A stretch of DNA of 64,000 bases from Candidatus Omnitrophota bacterium (GTDB taxonomy: Bacteria > Omnitrophota > Gorgyraeia > JAGLLT01), in the NCBI GenBank assembly GCA_030632085.1, contig DAOVJY010000001.1, positions 66,125-130,124 on the forward strand, read 5' to 3'. How positions within the stretch are numbered: position 1 is the first letter of the stretch; the number at the start of each line of letters is the position of its first letter. Of this stretch, positions 48,180 to 57,341 are shown one piece after another. A program made the position numbers and the translations under genes. The notes beneath the pieces were generated by a model. It saw only the letters and a program-made list of their open reading frames with translations, did no database searches and was not told where the DNA came from.

Positions 48180-48400
48180 AATAATTAATAATCGGGACAC
48201 AAGTACAAAGTCACTAGTCACAAGACACAAGTAAAAAAACAAGCAAGATACAAGGCAAATAGCCAAGAGCTAAGAGCAAAAAGCAAAAGAACAAAAACAA
48301 GAACAAAATCATAAGTCACAAGTAAGAAACGGGAAAAACGGTCGCTGTCCCTATTTTACGCTTTTCCTATCCGCTCTACGCTATTCGCTAATAAATATCC
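48180..48400. repeat. AT-rich ACAAG/CAAAG-rich intergenic repeat region (ACAAGTACAAAGTCACTAGTCACAAG module)
   Basis: module shared with 59385..59410 and 6240..6256; ends with CGCTATTCGCTAATAAATAT similar to 6385..6402. Confidence 0.55.
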
Positions 48401-48404
48401 TCTT

Positions 48405-49931
48405 TTACTGATATTCCCGCCGTAATATTCTTTTTAATATCTTTCCCGTGGGTGTTTTAGGTAAATCGCTTCTTATTTCCACCCTGTGGGGAATTTTAAA
48501 ATTAGCTAAGCGCGACTTACAATAATCAATCACTTCTTTCGGCTCTATAGTTTCATTCTTTATAGGAACAACAATTGCTATAGGCACTTCTCCTTTGCGA
48601 GCATTTTTTATGCCGATAACCGCTACTTCCCGCACTTTTCGATTCAGTTCAATTACCTCTTCTATTTCACGCGGATAGATATTCATACCGTGAGATATAA
48701 CTATATCTTTTTTTCTATCTACTATGTAAATATAACCGTCTTCATCTATTCTCGCCAAATCACCCGTAAAAAGCCACTCGCCCTTTATAACCTTGGCTGT
48801 TTCCTCGGGCATATTATAATAACCCCTCATTACATTAGGGCCTTTAACAATTAACTCGCCAACATGGTTCACCGGCACCTCAACTTCTTCTTCATCAACC
48901 ACTTTGACTTCAATATCAGGTAAAGCTTTACCAACCGAACCCACCTTATTCAAACCTTTAATGGGACTCATAGAAACTACAGGAGAAGCTTCGGTTAATC
49001 CATAGCCTTCACGTAATTTAATATTAAAGCGGTTTTCAAAACACACAGCTACATTCTTGTCCAGAGGAGCTGAACCTGAAATTGTCAATTTTAAGGAGTT
49101 AAATTTAAAGATTATCCGCATAAAGGTGGTCATTTTTATAGTAGCAAAGACTTTAAAAACTTGCGGAATTCCAACTAAAAGAGTAACTCTTTTAAATAAA
49201 ATCGTTTTAATAAAGCGCCCAATGGGGTGTACGGAATCTAAAATAACTATTCTACTGGAAGCCATCACCGGTACGATAATACAAACAGTCATCATAAAAG
49301 AATGAAATGCCGGAAAGGCCAGAAGAACGCAATCCTTAGGGCCGATATTTATAGTCCGCAATGAAGCCTGGGCGTTAGATAAAAGATTGCTGTGAGTCAA
49401 CATAGCCCCCTTAGGAGAACCGGTAGTGCTTGAGGTATAGCTAATCACAGCTACATTACTAATACCTAATTTAATATTATGATTCTTAGTTGAGTGGCCT
49501 TTAATTACTTCCCGTAAATATTTAAAATTCTCAACTTCCACATCTGTTAAAATAATTTCGCTTAACCTATCCACTTTTTGCCTGATATGTTTCATAAGAG
49601 GCAAAAATTTTCCGCAAGTAATCAAAATCGAAACCTCACAATCATTTAAAATATAACTAATTTCAACCGGTTTCAAAAAAACGTTAATCGGTACGACTAT
49701 CATCCCGGCTTTAAAAATAGCAAAGAAAACAACCAAGTAATTAATTGAATTTTCATGCAGGATAGCGATATGGCTGCCCTTTGGTAAATTTAAATCCGAA
49801 AGAAGATAAGATGCTAATTGGTTAGATAAATCGTTAAGCTTTCGGTATGATATCTTGGTCTTACCTTCAATAGCGGCGTATTTTAACGGATATTTTTTTG
49901 CTGAATCTTCTAAAATTACAGCTAAATTCAT
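48405..49931 (-). CDS. AMP-dependent synthetase/ligase (long-chain fatty acid-CoA ligase family)
   Basis: YTSSTTGSPKGAMLTHSNL AMP-binding motif; TGDLARIDEDGYIYIVDRKKD and PKTPTGKILKR C-terminal motifs. Confidence 0.8.
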   Translation of the reverse strand: MNLAVILEDSAKKYPLKYAAIEGKTKISYRKLNDLSNQLASYLLSDLNLPKGSHIAILHENSINYLVVFFAIFKAGMIVVPINVFLKPVEISYILNDCEVSILITCGKFLPLMKHIRQKVDRLSEIILTDVEVENFKYLREVIKGHSTKNHNIKLGISNVAVISYTSSTTGSPKGAMLTHSNLLSNAQASLRTINIGPKDCVLLAFPAFHSFMMTVCIIVPVMASSRIVILDSVHPIGRFIKTILFKRVTLLVGIPQVFKVFATIKMTTFMRIIFKFNSLKLTISGSAPLDKNVAVCFENRFNIKLREGYGLTEASPVVSMSPIKGLNKVGSVGKALPDIEVKVVDEEEVEVPVNHVGELIVKGPNVMRGYYNMPEETAKVIKGEWLFTGDLARIDEDGYIYIVDRKKDIVISHGMNIYPREIEEVIELNRKVREVAVIGIKNARKGEVPIAIVVPIKNETIEPKEVIDYCKSRLANFKIPHRVEIRSDLPKTPTGKILKRILRREYQ

Positions 49932-49943
49932 ATTGCCTCCTCG

Positions 49944-50153
49944 CTATGCCTTATCTGTTCTTAATGATACCATTGTCTTATCAGCGCTTTGCGTCAAGCT
50001 TATATGGCCTTCCCTGGCCAACCAACCAAGGCTCATCAAAATTAAATTTTCATCTTTTTCTATATCGCTAAGAAGTTTCTTTAAGTGAGACTCACCGTGT
50101 TTATCTAAATAATGCCATATCTCACCGGCTGTTATTCCAATTTGAGTAACCAT
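49944..50153 (-). CDS. winged helix-turn-helix protein (start adjusted to MVTQIG)
   Basis: ITAGEIWHYLDKHGESHLKKLLSDIEKDENLILMSLGWLAREGHISL resembles wHTH; upstream part of track ORF overlaps the neighbouring gene. Confidence 0.4.
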   Translation of the reverse strand: MVTQIGITAGEIWHYLDKHGESHLKKLLSDIEKDENLILMSLGWLAREGHISLTQSADKTMVSLRTDKA

Positions 50154-50169
50154 AATTCCCCTCCTTTGC

Positions 50170-50409
50170 TTACACCTTAATACTCTTTTTATTATAACTG
50201 CCGCACCGCGGACATATAGAAATATCTTTGCTGTGACTATCAACATATGTATAAGCACATATTTGACACTGCCAAAAAGCATTTTCCGACTCTATCTCGA
50301 AAGAATCGGATTTATTCTTAGATTCATTTAAAAACCACATTAAAAAAACAGCGCCGCTCAAAAATACAACATATATCGCGTAAAACAACGAAAAACTGAC
50401 TTCAATCAT
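50170..50409 (-). CDS. small membrane protein with C-terminal zinc ribbon
   Basis: one TM helix then CQICAYTY...CPRCGS. Confidence 0.4.
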   Translation of the reverse strand: MIEVSFSLFYAIYVVFLSGAVFLMWFLNESKNKSDSFEIESENAFWQCQICAYTYVDSHSKDISICPRCGSYNKKSIKV

Positions 50410-51118
50410 TTGCAGCCTCTATCTTAACATTCACGATTCCCCATTGATTTCCTTCATCGTGAATAGAAGCACATTCCGTAAATCTTATTTTCTTAAGGTA
50501 TTTTTTTATTAAAAGATCAATCTCCATGTATCCGGATGATGTAAGCTGCTCTACAAATATTACCCGGCCCTGATTATCCGCGTAAAGCTTCCCTTTAATG
50601 CTAAATGAACCTTTATCATTAAGCCATTGAGGCATTTCCGGTTTATCCGGCAGATACACCAGCCCTCTTTCACTTAACGGCCCTTTTATATCCAAAAGCG
50701 GTTTCGAAATTAATTCATCCGAAAACGTGTATCGCTTGATAAGCATGTTTTCACTTATTAACTGCAGTTTCCCATCCGCCTTCATATATACCGAAGCGCT
50801 ACGTTCATCCACAGAGAGAATTCTCTCGGGCAATATCCCGCTCACCTGATGCTCTTTTTCCATAAGAGCCACGGCTTTTTTATTTTTACGCGCGGCAAAC
50901 GACCCCAGGGTTTTACTTAAATAAGCCTTCTGCAAAAAATCACCCAAAAAAACCGCCTGCGTCACAATTAATTCTTTTTCAATGGGTGCCGTGAAATTAA
51001 CATTAAAAATACACATCCAGAGCACATGCCAGCCAACCGAAATCATCAGAGCATAGGCTATAATTACCTTTTTGGTGTGATAGCTATATTTGTTTGCGAT
51101 ATTCCCAGTTCCCTGCAT
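50402..51118 (-). CDS. TonB-family protein (energy transducer)
   Basis: N-terminal TM helix; C-terminal GRVIFVEQLTSSGYMEIDLLIKKYL resembles TonB C-terminal domain; follows exbB-exbD. Confidence 0.5.
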   Translation of the reverse strand: MQGTGNIANKYSYHTKKVIIAYALMISVGWHVLWMCIFNVNFTAPIEKELIVTQAVFLGDFLQKAYLSKTLGSFAARKNKKAVALMEKEHQVSGILPERILSVDERSASVYMKADGKLQLISENMLIKRYTFSDELISKPLLDIKGPLSERGLVYLPDKPEMPQWLNDKGSFSIKGKLYADNQGRVIFVEQLTSSGYMEIDLLIKKYLKKIRFTECASIHDEGNQWGIVNVKIEAAND

Positions 51119-51498
51119 AAATCCCAGACCTCCGCTATGCTTCCTAAGGTTACCTGCTCGTCACCTCTTATATAAACGGATTTGTGGCTCTCGGCCATTT
51201 TTTTCAATTCGACTTTTAATTGTTTCATGTCCATCTTTTGGTTATCAAGGTAAAAAACATTATCTTTGGTAATGGTCAGGACAATCTTTTTTTGCTTAAG
51301 CATCTGGCCGGTAAGAGCCTTGGGTAAATTTACGGGTATACCGGGCTGCGAAACAAAACTGGATGTAAGCATAAAAAATATAATCAAAAGGAAAACCACA
51401 TCAACCAGCGGTGCCATATCCAGAGCGCCTTTTTTCACTTTGACATGTTTTTGTAATTTTATCGTTGACTTTTTCCAGTAGTCTTTAAAACTGTACAT
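51064..51498 (-). CDS. exbD: biopolymer transport protein ExbD/TolR
   Basis: MAPLVDVVFLLIIFFMLTSSF TM segment signature. Confidence 0.8.
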   Translation of the reverse strand: MYSFKDYWKKSTIKLQKHVKVKKGALDMAPLVDVVFLLIIFFMLTSSFVSQPGIPVNLPKALTGQMLKQKKIVLTITKDNVFYLDNQKMDMKQLKVELKKMAESHKSVYIRGDEQVTLGSIAEVWDLCRELGISQTNIAITPKR

Positions 51499-51499
51499 A

Positions 51500-52120
51500 T
51501 TAATAACCCTTCTGAGATATGGCAGTAGTTAAGTCAGTGGCACTCTGCTCCATCTCAAAAACTATATTCTCTACCCGGCTAACTAAATAATTATAAGTTA
51601 CATAAAAAACAATGGCCACGGCTAAACCGGCCGCGGTCGTAATCAAGGCGGTAGATATACCTCCCGCTAAATCTCCCGGATTAACCGGAGAGCCTATGAC
51701 CGCTTTATCCCTTATAACCTGAAAGGCTTCCATCATACCGGTAACTGTTCCCAGAAGGCCCAATAAAGGGCAAATATGAGCTACTGTAGCCAGGATATTA
51801 AGATTCTTTTCAAGGCGGGCCACTTCATGTAAGCCGACATCTTCAATGGCCTCTTTAATTTCATTCTTACCGCGGTCATGCTTTAAAACTCCGGCTTTGA
51901 CAATGTGGGCAATGGGCCCGGGCGTCTGATCGCAAAGTTCCAGAGCCTGAATTATCTTATTGCGTTTAATGGAACCGGTAATAGCCTCCATGAACTTTCT
52001 GGTATCAATCCTCGCCCGATAGAGGTGCCAAACCCTTTCAATACTTACCGCCAGGCCAACCACCGAACAAAGTATAATCGGTACCATTAAAACTCCGCCT
52101 TCTTTAATCATCTGCCACAT
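51500..52120 (-). CDS. exbB: MotA/TolQ/ExbB proton channel family protein
   Basis: 206 aa, three TM helices, ATVAHICPLLGLLGTVTGM motif. Confidence 0.85.
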   Translation of the reverse strand: MWQMIKEGGVLMVPIILCSVVGLAVSIERVWHLYRARIDTRKFMEAITGSIKRNKIIQALELCDQTPGPIAHIVKAGVLKHDRGKNEIKEAIEDVGLHEVARLEKNLNILATVAHICPLLGLLGTVTGMMEAFQVIRDKAVIGSPVNPGDLAGGISTALITTAAGLAVAIVFYVTYNYLVSRVENIVFEMEQSATDLTTAISQKGY

Positions 52121-52140
52121 TAGAACTTCCTCCTGCTAGT

Positions 52141-54600
52141 TTAATTAATTATTAAGCGTTTCTCTATCTTTTCTAACCCTAAAATTGCTTGTTCCTTGTG
52201 TTCTTCATTTAAATCAATAACTTTTTGATACATTAAAGCGGCTTTTTCAAACTCACCTTTTTCTTCAAAAATCGCGCCCGCTTTAAGCCGGGCTTCCGCC
52301 ACCCAAAAGTTGGAAGCGGGATATTTATAAATAACTTTCATATAATTCGATAAGGCTTCATCGGCATCATTCAACAACCCGTAACAACCGGCTATTTCAT
52401 ATTGAATTTTGGCGTTTAAATCGTTATCACCGTCCCGCAAAGCCTTCTTATAATATTCCAAAGCCTGCTTAAATTCTTTTTTTTGCTTGTATGCCAGAGC
52501 TATTTTTTCAGAAGCCAAATTAACCAGCGATGAAGAGCTGTAAATATTAAAGAGCTGCCGGGCCTTCTTTATAGCTTCGTCATTTTTATTCTGATTAAGA
52601 TATATGCTTGCTTCATCTATGAGGGCTTGAGGTGCCAAATAATGCGTAGAAAAACCTGTATAGACAATACTGAGTTCATCCAGGGCCTCTTTGCTATTAC
52701 CCTCTTTGAGAAAAATAGTGGCTAACCAGTAATGGCTTTCAGCGGCCGCGTCCGCTTCGGGTTCCTGCTTTATTATATCATAAAAGTAAACCTTTGCTTT
52801 GTCTAATTCTTCCCGGCTATAATAATAATCCGCCAGCCACAGCTTAGCTTCCACCTGCAGCCTGGCCTGCTTTGAATCAGCTGATAAGCCGTTAAAGATT
52901 TCTATAGCCTGCGATATCTTACCCATTTTATAATAACACCAGCCAAGCTGGTAAATTGACTTATAGGCCATCTCATCTTCTTTATATTTATCCGCTATGT
53001 GCTTATAAACATTAATCGCCTGTTGGTATTGCCCTAAATTGTAATTTGCCGTCGCTTCTCCAAAAGAAGCGTCCGCTTTGAGGCTGCTCTTGGGATATTT
53101 CTTGATTAACTTCGCAAACTCCCTCTTTGCTAAATCATATTCTTCCCCTTTTAAATATATGAGGCCTATTCTATACTGGGCCTGATCTCTTAATTTACTT
53201 TTAGGGTAAGAAATTATCAGGTGGTCATAGGCGGCTAATGCCGACTCATAATCCAGCATCTGATAAAAGACAGTCCCCAGTTGATATTGGGCATAATCGG
53301 CGTAGTAGCTTTCCGGATACGTCTCTAATATTTCATCATATGTTTCAATGGCCTTGGGATAATCCTTAACATCCAAATGGGCGTCGGCCTTACGGCATAA
53401 AGCGATAACTCTTGTCATTTCATCTTCTGAAGACTGGGTTAAGTTTTCAAACTCCATAATCGCCTTATCAAACTCCTTTAACCTCAGATAAACCCAACCT
53501 AAATTATAATAAGCATCCACTAATAGCGGGCTCTTGGGATAACCTATGGTGAAATCCTCATAATTCCGGGCGGCGGACTTTAAATCATCCATTTTATAAT
53601 ATGACTCCGCTATCCAGAAAGAAACCTTATCGTCTATTTGATTATCCGGATAAATATTTGTAATCTTATTATATGTTTCAATGGCTTTAGTGTGTATATT
53701 AAGATTATTATAAGCCCTGCCTTTCAAAAAAAGCATTTCAGGCGCCAGTTGACTATCTTTAAAGTTATCCATAAAATCATCCGCCACACTTACCACCATA
53801 GAGTCATCATCTTTTTTTAAATAAGACCAGGCTAAATTGTAAAGTGCTTTTTCTCTTAAATTAACCTCATCGGTTTTCAGAGTTTTGTCGTAGAATTCAG
53901 CCGCGCTATCGTAATCCGATAAACTGAAATAATTCTCCGCCGTTAAATAATAAGCTTCATAAACCTGTTTAGAATCTTTATTCTCTTTAATGAGTCGTTT
54001 TAAATACTCAATCGCTTTTTTATTTTCATCTAAACCGCTAAAACACCTGGCCATATTAAGCTTGGCATCTAAAATTAAATCGACCTCTTTGGCCGTCTTT
54101 AAGTAACTGCTATAGAATTCAGAAGCCGCCTTATAATCTTCCAGTTTTTGATAAGAGCGCGCCAAAAGAAAACGGCTTAAGGTGTTATAATCCGATTCCG
54201 GATATTCTTGAGTAATCTCTAAAAGAGGTTTAAGAGAACTGGTGTAGTCTTCATTTTGGATGTAAATCTGGGCTAACCAGTAAAGAACTTCATCTTTTAT
54301 AGTTGCCGCTTCGGGGTCATTAATTAATTTTTCAAGCTCTCCCTGAGCCTGGTGCAGATTATCCATATTATAGGAACATAGGGCTATAAAAAGAGCGGCC
54401 TCATCACTTAAAGTGCTTTGAGGATACTCAGTTATAAACGCCTGGAAGTATTTTTGGGCCTCTTCATAAAAATTGTCATAAAAGGCCTGGCGGGCAAGCT
54501 TAAAGTCATCAATTTCTGAAGCCGAAACCGCGGCCGTTAGCGGTGAAATCGCTAATATCAGGTAAAATACAACTGTGAGGATAAATGTCGGACATCTCAT
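52141..54600 (-). CDS. secreted TPR-repeat protein
   Basis: 819 aa, signal peptide, about 18 TPR-like units with recurring Y-x-L-G/A pattern. Confidence 0.7.
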   Translation of the reverse strand: MRCPTFILTVVFYLILAISPLTAAVSASEIDDFKLARQAFYDNFYEEAQKYFQAFITEYPQSTLSDEAALFIALCSYNMDNLHQAQGELEKLINDPEAATIKDEVLYWLAQIYIQNEDYTSSLKPLLEITQEYPESDYNTLSRFLLARSYQKLEDYKAASEFYSSYLKTAKEVDLILDAKLNMARCFSGLDENKKAIEYLKRLIKENKDSKQVYEAYYLTAENYFSLSDYDSAAEFYDKTLKTDEVNLREKALYNLAWSYLKKDDDSMVVSVADDFMDNFKDSQLAPEMLFLKGRAYNNLNIHTKAIETYNKITNIYPDNQIDDKVSFWIAESYYKMDDLKSAARNYEDFTIGYPKSPLLVDAYYNLGWVYLRLKEFDKAIMEFENLTQSSEDEMTRVIALCRKADAHLDVKDYPKAIETYDEILETYPESYYADYAQYQLGTVFYQMLDYESALAAYDHLIISYPKSKLRDQAQYRIGLIYLKGEEYDLAKREFAKLIKKYPKSSLKADASFGEATANYNLGQYQQAINVYKHIADKYKEDEMAYKSIYQLGWCYYKMGKISQAIEIFNGLSADSKQARLQVEAKLWLADYYYSREELDKAKVYFYDIIKQEPEADAAAESHYWLATIFLKEGNSKEALDELSIVYTGFSTHYLAPQALIDEASIYLNQNKNDEAIKKARQLFNIYSSSSLVNLASEKIALAYKQKKEFKQALEYYKKALRDGDNDLNAKIQYEIAGCYGLLNDADEALSNYMKVIYKYPASNFWVAEARLKAGAIFEEKGEFEKAALMYQKVIDLNEEHKEQAILGLEKIEKRLIIN

Positions 54601-54647
54601 AATTTATAGTCTTTTTCTCTGTAAATAGTTTAACAAAAAGAGAGGAA

Positions 54648-54905
54648 CTAAACAAGCAGTTTTTTAAGATATTGACCTGTATAAGAAGACTTTATTTTAG
54701 TTATTTCTTCCGGTGTGCCGCTTGCTATAACATAACCACCCTTATCTCCACCTTCAGGCCCCAGGTCAATAATATAATCAGCTGTCTTAATCACATCCAG
54801 GTTATGTTCAATAACCAGGACGGAATTGCCCTTAGAGGTTAAGCGGTGAAGTATATTCAAGAGTTTATCAATATCGGCAAAAAGGGGGTACGCGGGCTTC
54901 TTTTT
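54648..54905 (-). pseudogene. UvrA (excinuclease ABC subunit A) C-terminal remnant
   Basis: in-frame translation [66 protein letters not shown] matches the last ~85 aa of UvrA; frame opens right after a stop within the terminator region of the upstream gene. Confidence 0.7.
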
Positions 54906-54962
54906 TTAAAAAGAAAAAGCCCCTTGTAATATTAAATATAACAAAGGGCTTTTTTGATATAT
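54905..54962 (-). terminator. tandem hairpin terminators between the Lys-rich gene and the uvrA remnant
   Basis: GGGCTTCTTTTT/AAAAGAAAAAGCCC and GCCCCTTGT/ACAAAGGGC stems flanked by T/A runs. Confidence 0.45.
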
Positions 54963-54979
54963 CAATAAGGTTTTAAGCC

Positions 54980-55177
54980 TTATTTTTTCTTTTTCTTTGC
55001 AGCTTTTTTAACTACTTTTTTCTTAGCTACTTTTTTCTTTACAACCTTTTTCTTAGCGGCTTTCTTTTTCTTACCGCCTCTAGCCATTTTAGCTTTAGAT
55101 ACATCACCATCTTTATCTATAAAATAAAGGTAGCCAGATTCTTTCTTAATACCACATTTCAGTACTTTAGTCGCCAT
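54980..55177 (-). CDS. small Lys-rich histone-like protein
   Basis: 65 aa; N-terminal GYLYFIDKDGDV beta-hairpin-like segment then KKKVVKKKVAKKKVVKKAAKKKKK tail; strong GGAGGAGGTG RBS. Confidence 0.5.
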   Translation of the reverse strand: MATKVLKCGIKKESGYLYFIDKDGDVSKAKMARGGKKKKAAKKKVVKKKVAKKKVVKKAAKKKKK

Positions 55178-55213
55178 CCTGCTTCACCTCCTCCCCTTTT
55201 TTTTAATAAAAAA

Positions 55214-56020
55214 TTAAGTCCCTAATTTAACATGACTCAATATCTGCTTTAAACAGGCAATGCATGAAAGTACCGCTAAATAACTTGTTTTAGGATTGTT
55301 CGGCGAGGGCATATTTTCACTTAAGGTTTCCACCCGGCCAAAATCCCCTTCAATCACCATCTGATGTGAATTTCTCACAAATTCAGGTGAAGTTATAATC
55401 TTCACTTTCGTCTTATCCGCTCCTACGCTCATCAAGCTCAAAAGCGCCGCCACATTTATATTTTTAGGAAAAGCCTTAATGGCTTCTTTAGCGCTTCCCT
55501 GGAAAATAACAGTTTCTTTATCTATTTTATCTATATCAATATTCTGTTTTTCTAAAAAAGGCGCTCCCTTTAGGCCTCGCGGCGGTTTACGTGTTATAAG
55601 CCGGGCACTTTTAATATTTGATATACCGGCCGCCTTTACGGCGTCCAGCCCGCAAAGCGCCCCTGAGGGCAAGTAAAGACAAGCCTTACTTTTTTCCGCC
55701 AACTCAAAAAGCTCTTCATGGCCGATAAAGCCGCCAACACTAATTGCCATTACATCAACATCGGCATCAAGGCATTTTTTTACCAGTTCCGCGATGATAT
55801 CACCACTGGCAGCTTCTATAACCAAATCACTCTTTGGAATCAACTCATCCAAAGAAAGCAGTTCCGGTTTCTCGTTTAATTCCGCGAGAAGTTTTTTGGC
55901 ATTTGCTTCATTTATATCACAAAGAGCAACCAACTTCGCGTCTTTATTAAATCTATCCGTAATGGCCCGGGCTATTTCACTACCTATAGTCCCGCAACCA
56001 ACAAGCGCTATCTTAAGCAT
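55214..56020 (-). CDS. L-aspartate dehydrogenase (NadX-like)
   Basis: MLKIALVGCGTIGSEIA Rossmann N-terminus and about 268 aa length match NadX. Confidence 0.55.
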   Translation of the reverse strand: MLKIALVGCGTIGSEIARAITDRFNKDAKLVALCDINEANAKKLLAELNEKPELLSLDELIPKSDLVIEAASGDIIAELVKKCLDADVDVMAISVGGFIGHEELFELAEKSKACLYLPSGALCGLDAVKAAGISNIKSARLITRKPPRGLKGAPFLEKQNIDIDKIDKETVIFQGSAKEAIKAFPKNINVAALLSLMSVGADKTKVKIITSPEFVRNSHQMVIEGDFGRVETLSENMPSPNNPKTSYLAVLSCIACLKQILSHVKLGT

Positions 56021-56029
56021 AAATGTCCT

Positions 56030-56875
56030 TCAAGGCTTTAAAATAATGTTATCAATTAATCTTATATTTTTTATTTTCGCGGCTATCGCTACCACTACCC
56101 CGCGGCTAATATACCCAACATCCTCGAGGTTATCGGCATCAAGTATTTCTATATACTCAATATTAACACATTTTTCGTCGGAAATTGCTTTTTTTATCAT
56201 TTTTTTTAACACTGCCGTTTTCTTGCACCCCTCTTTAAACGCCCTTTCGGCCGCTTTTAGAGCCTTATAAATAACCGCGGCTTTTTTTCTGTCCACCGTC
56301 GATAAATATCTATTTCTGGAACTCATCGCCAATCCGTTCAACTCTCTAAAAATAGGCAGCATTTTTACTTTGATACTGAAGTTTAAATCTTCAATCATTT
56401 TTATAATAATTCTTAATTGTTGGTAATCTTTTTGCCCGAAATAAACCGCGTCGGGCTCAATCAAATTAAAAAGTTTAGCAACTATAGTACATACACCTTT
56501 AAAATGTCCTGGGCGGATTAGGCCGCAAAGTTTAGCGGATAAATTGCCGCAGCCAACATAAGTCTCAAAATCATCCTTGTACATTTCATCCGAGTCGGGC
56601 GTAAAAACAATGTCGACCCCGCTGTCTTTAGCGAGTTTTAAATCACGCTTTAAACTTCTGGGGTACTTTTTGAAATCTTCCTTGGGGCCAAACTGGGTAG
56701 GGTTTATGAAAATACTTAAGACAACAATATCATTATCAACTCTAGCCTTTTTTATAAGGCTTAAGTGGCCTTGATGCAGAAAACCCATGGTCGGTACGAA
56801 GCCGACTTTTTTATTGGGAGCTTTGAGTTTCCTGATGAGCTGATTGATTTTCCTGCGCGACTTGATTACTTTCAT
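56030..56875 (-). CDS. panC: pantoate--beta-alanine ligase
   Basis: GFVPTMGFLHQGHLSLI HIGH-type motif of PanC. Confidence 0.85.
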   Translation of the reverse strand: MKVIKSRRKINQLIRKLKAPNKKVGFVPTMGFLHQGHLSLIKKARVDNDIVVLSIFINPTQFGPKEDFKKYPRSLKRDLKLAKDSGVDIVFTPDSDEMYKDDFETYVGCGNLSAKLCGLIRPGHFKGVCTIVAKLFNLIEPDAVYFGQKDYQQLRIIIKMIEDLNFSIKVKMLPIFRELNGLAMSSRNRYLSTVDRKKAAVIYKALKAAERAFKEGCKKTAVLKKMIKKAISDEKCVNIEYIEILDADNLEDVGYISRGVVVAIAAKIKNIRLIDNIILKP

Positions 56876-57341
56876 GCTCTTTACTTAAATCCTCGAGTAA
56901 ATCTTTAGCGCGTTTATTAAGTCCGGGGTGAGTTACTTCCGGAGCTATTTCACATAGGGGCTGTAAAACAAAACCTCTTTTATGCATCTCGGGATGAGGA
57001 ATCTTTAGGTTCTTGCCTTTGATGATTAAGTCGTCGAATAAGAGAATATCTAAATCTATTTCGCGCGGGCCCCATTTTTCATGAACCTCTTTACGGCCCA
57101 AAAATCGTTCAATATTTTTAAGACGCTTAAAGAGTGTGTAGGGGTCTAAAAAAGTTTCAATTTCAACTACTAAATTTAAATATTTATCCTGCTCGGACTT
57201 GCCTTCCGGTTCCGTTTCAATAATTGTGGCTTTTTTGAGAATCTTTATTTGCGGGTCCTTATCTAAATGATCCAGAGCTCTTTTTATATATTCTTCGCGG
57301 TTGCCCTTATTGGAGCCAATGCCGATAAAAAGTTTACTCAT
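56811..57341 (-). CDS. folK: 2-amino-4-hydroxy-6-hydroxymethyldihydropteridine pyrophosphokinase
   Basis: FIGIGSNKGN and GPREIDLDILLF HPPK motifs. Confidence 0.8.
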   Translation of the reverse strand: MSKLFIGIGSNKGNREEYIKRALDHLDKDPQIKILKKATIIETEPEGKSEQDKYLNLVVEIETFLDPYTLFKRLKNIERFLGRKEVHEKWGPREIDLDILLFDDLIIKGKNLKIPHPEMHKRGFVLQPLCEIAPEVTHPGLNKRAKDLLEDLSKEHESNQVAQENQSAHQETQSSQ

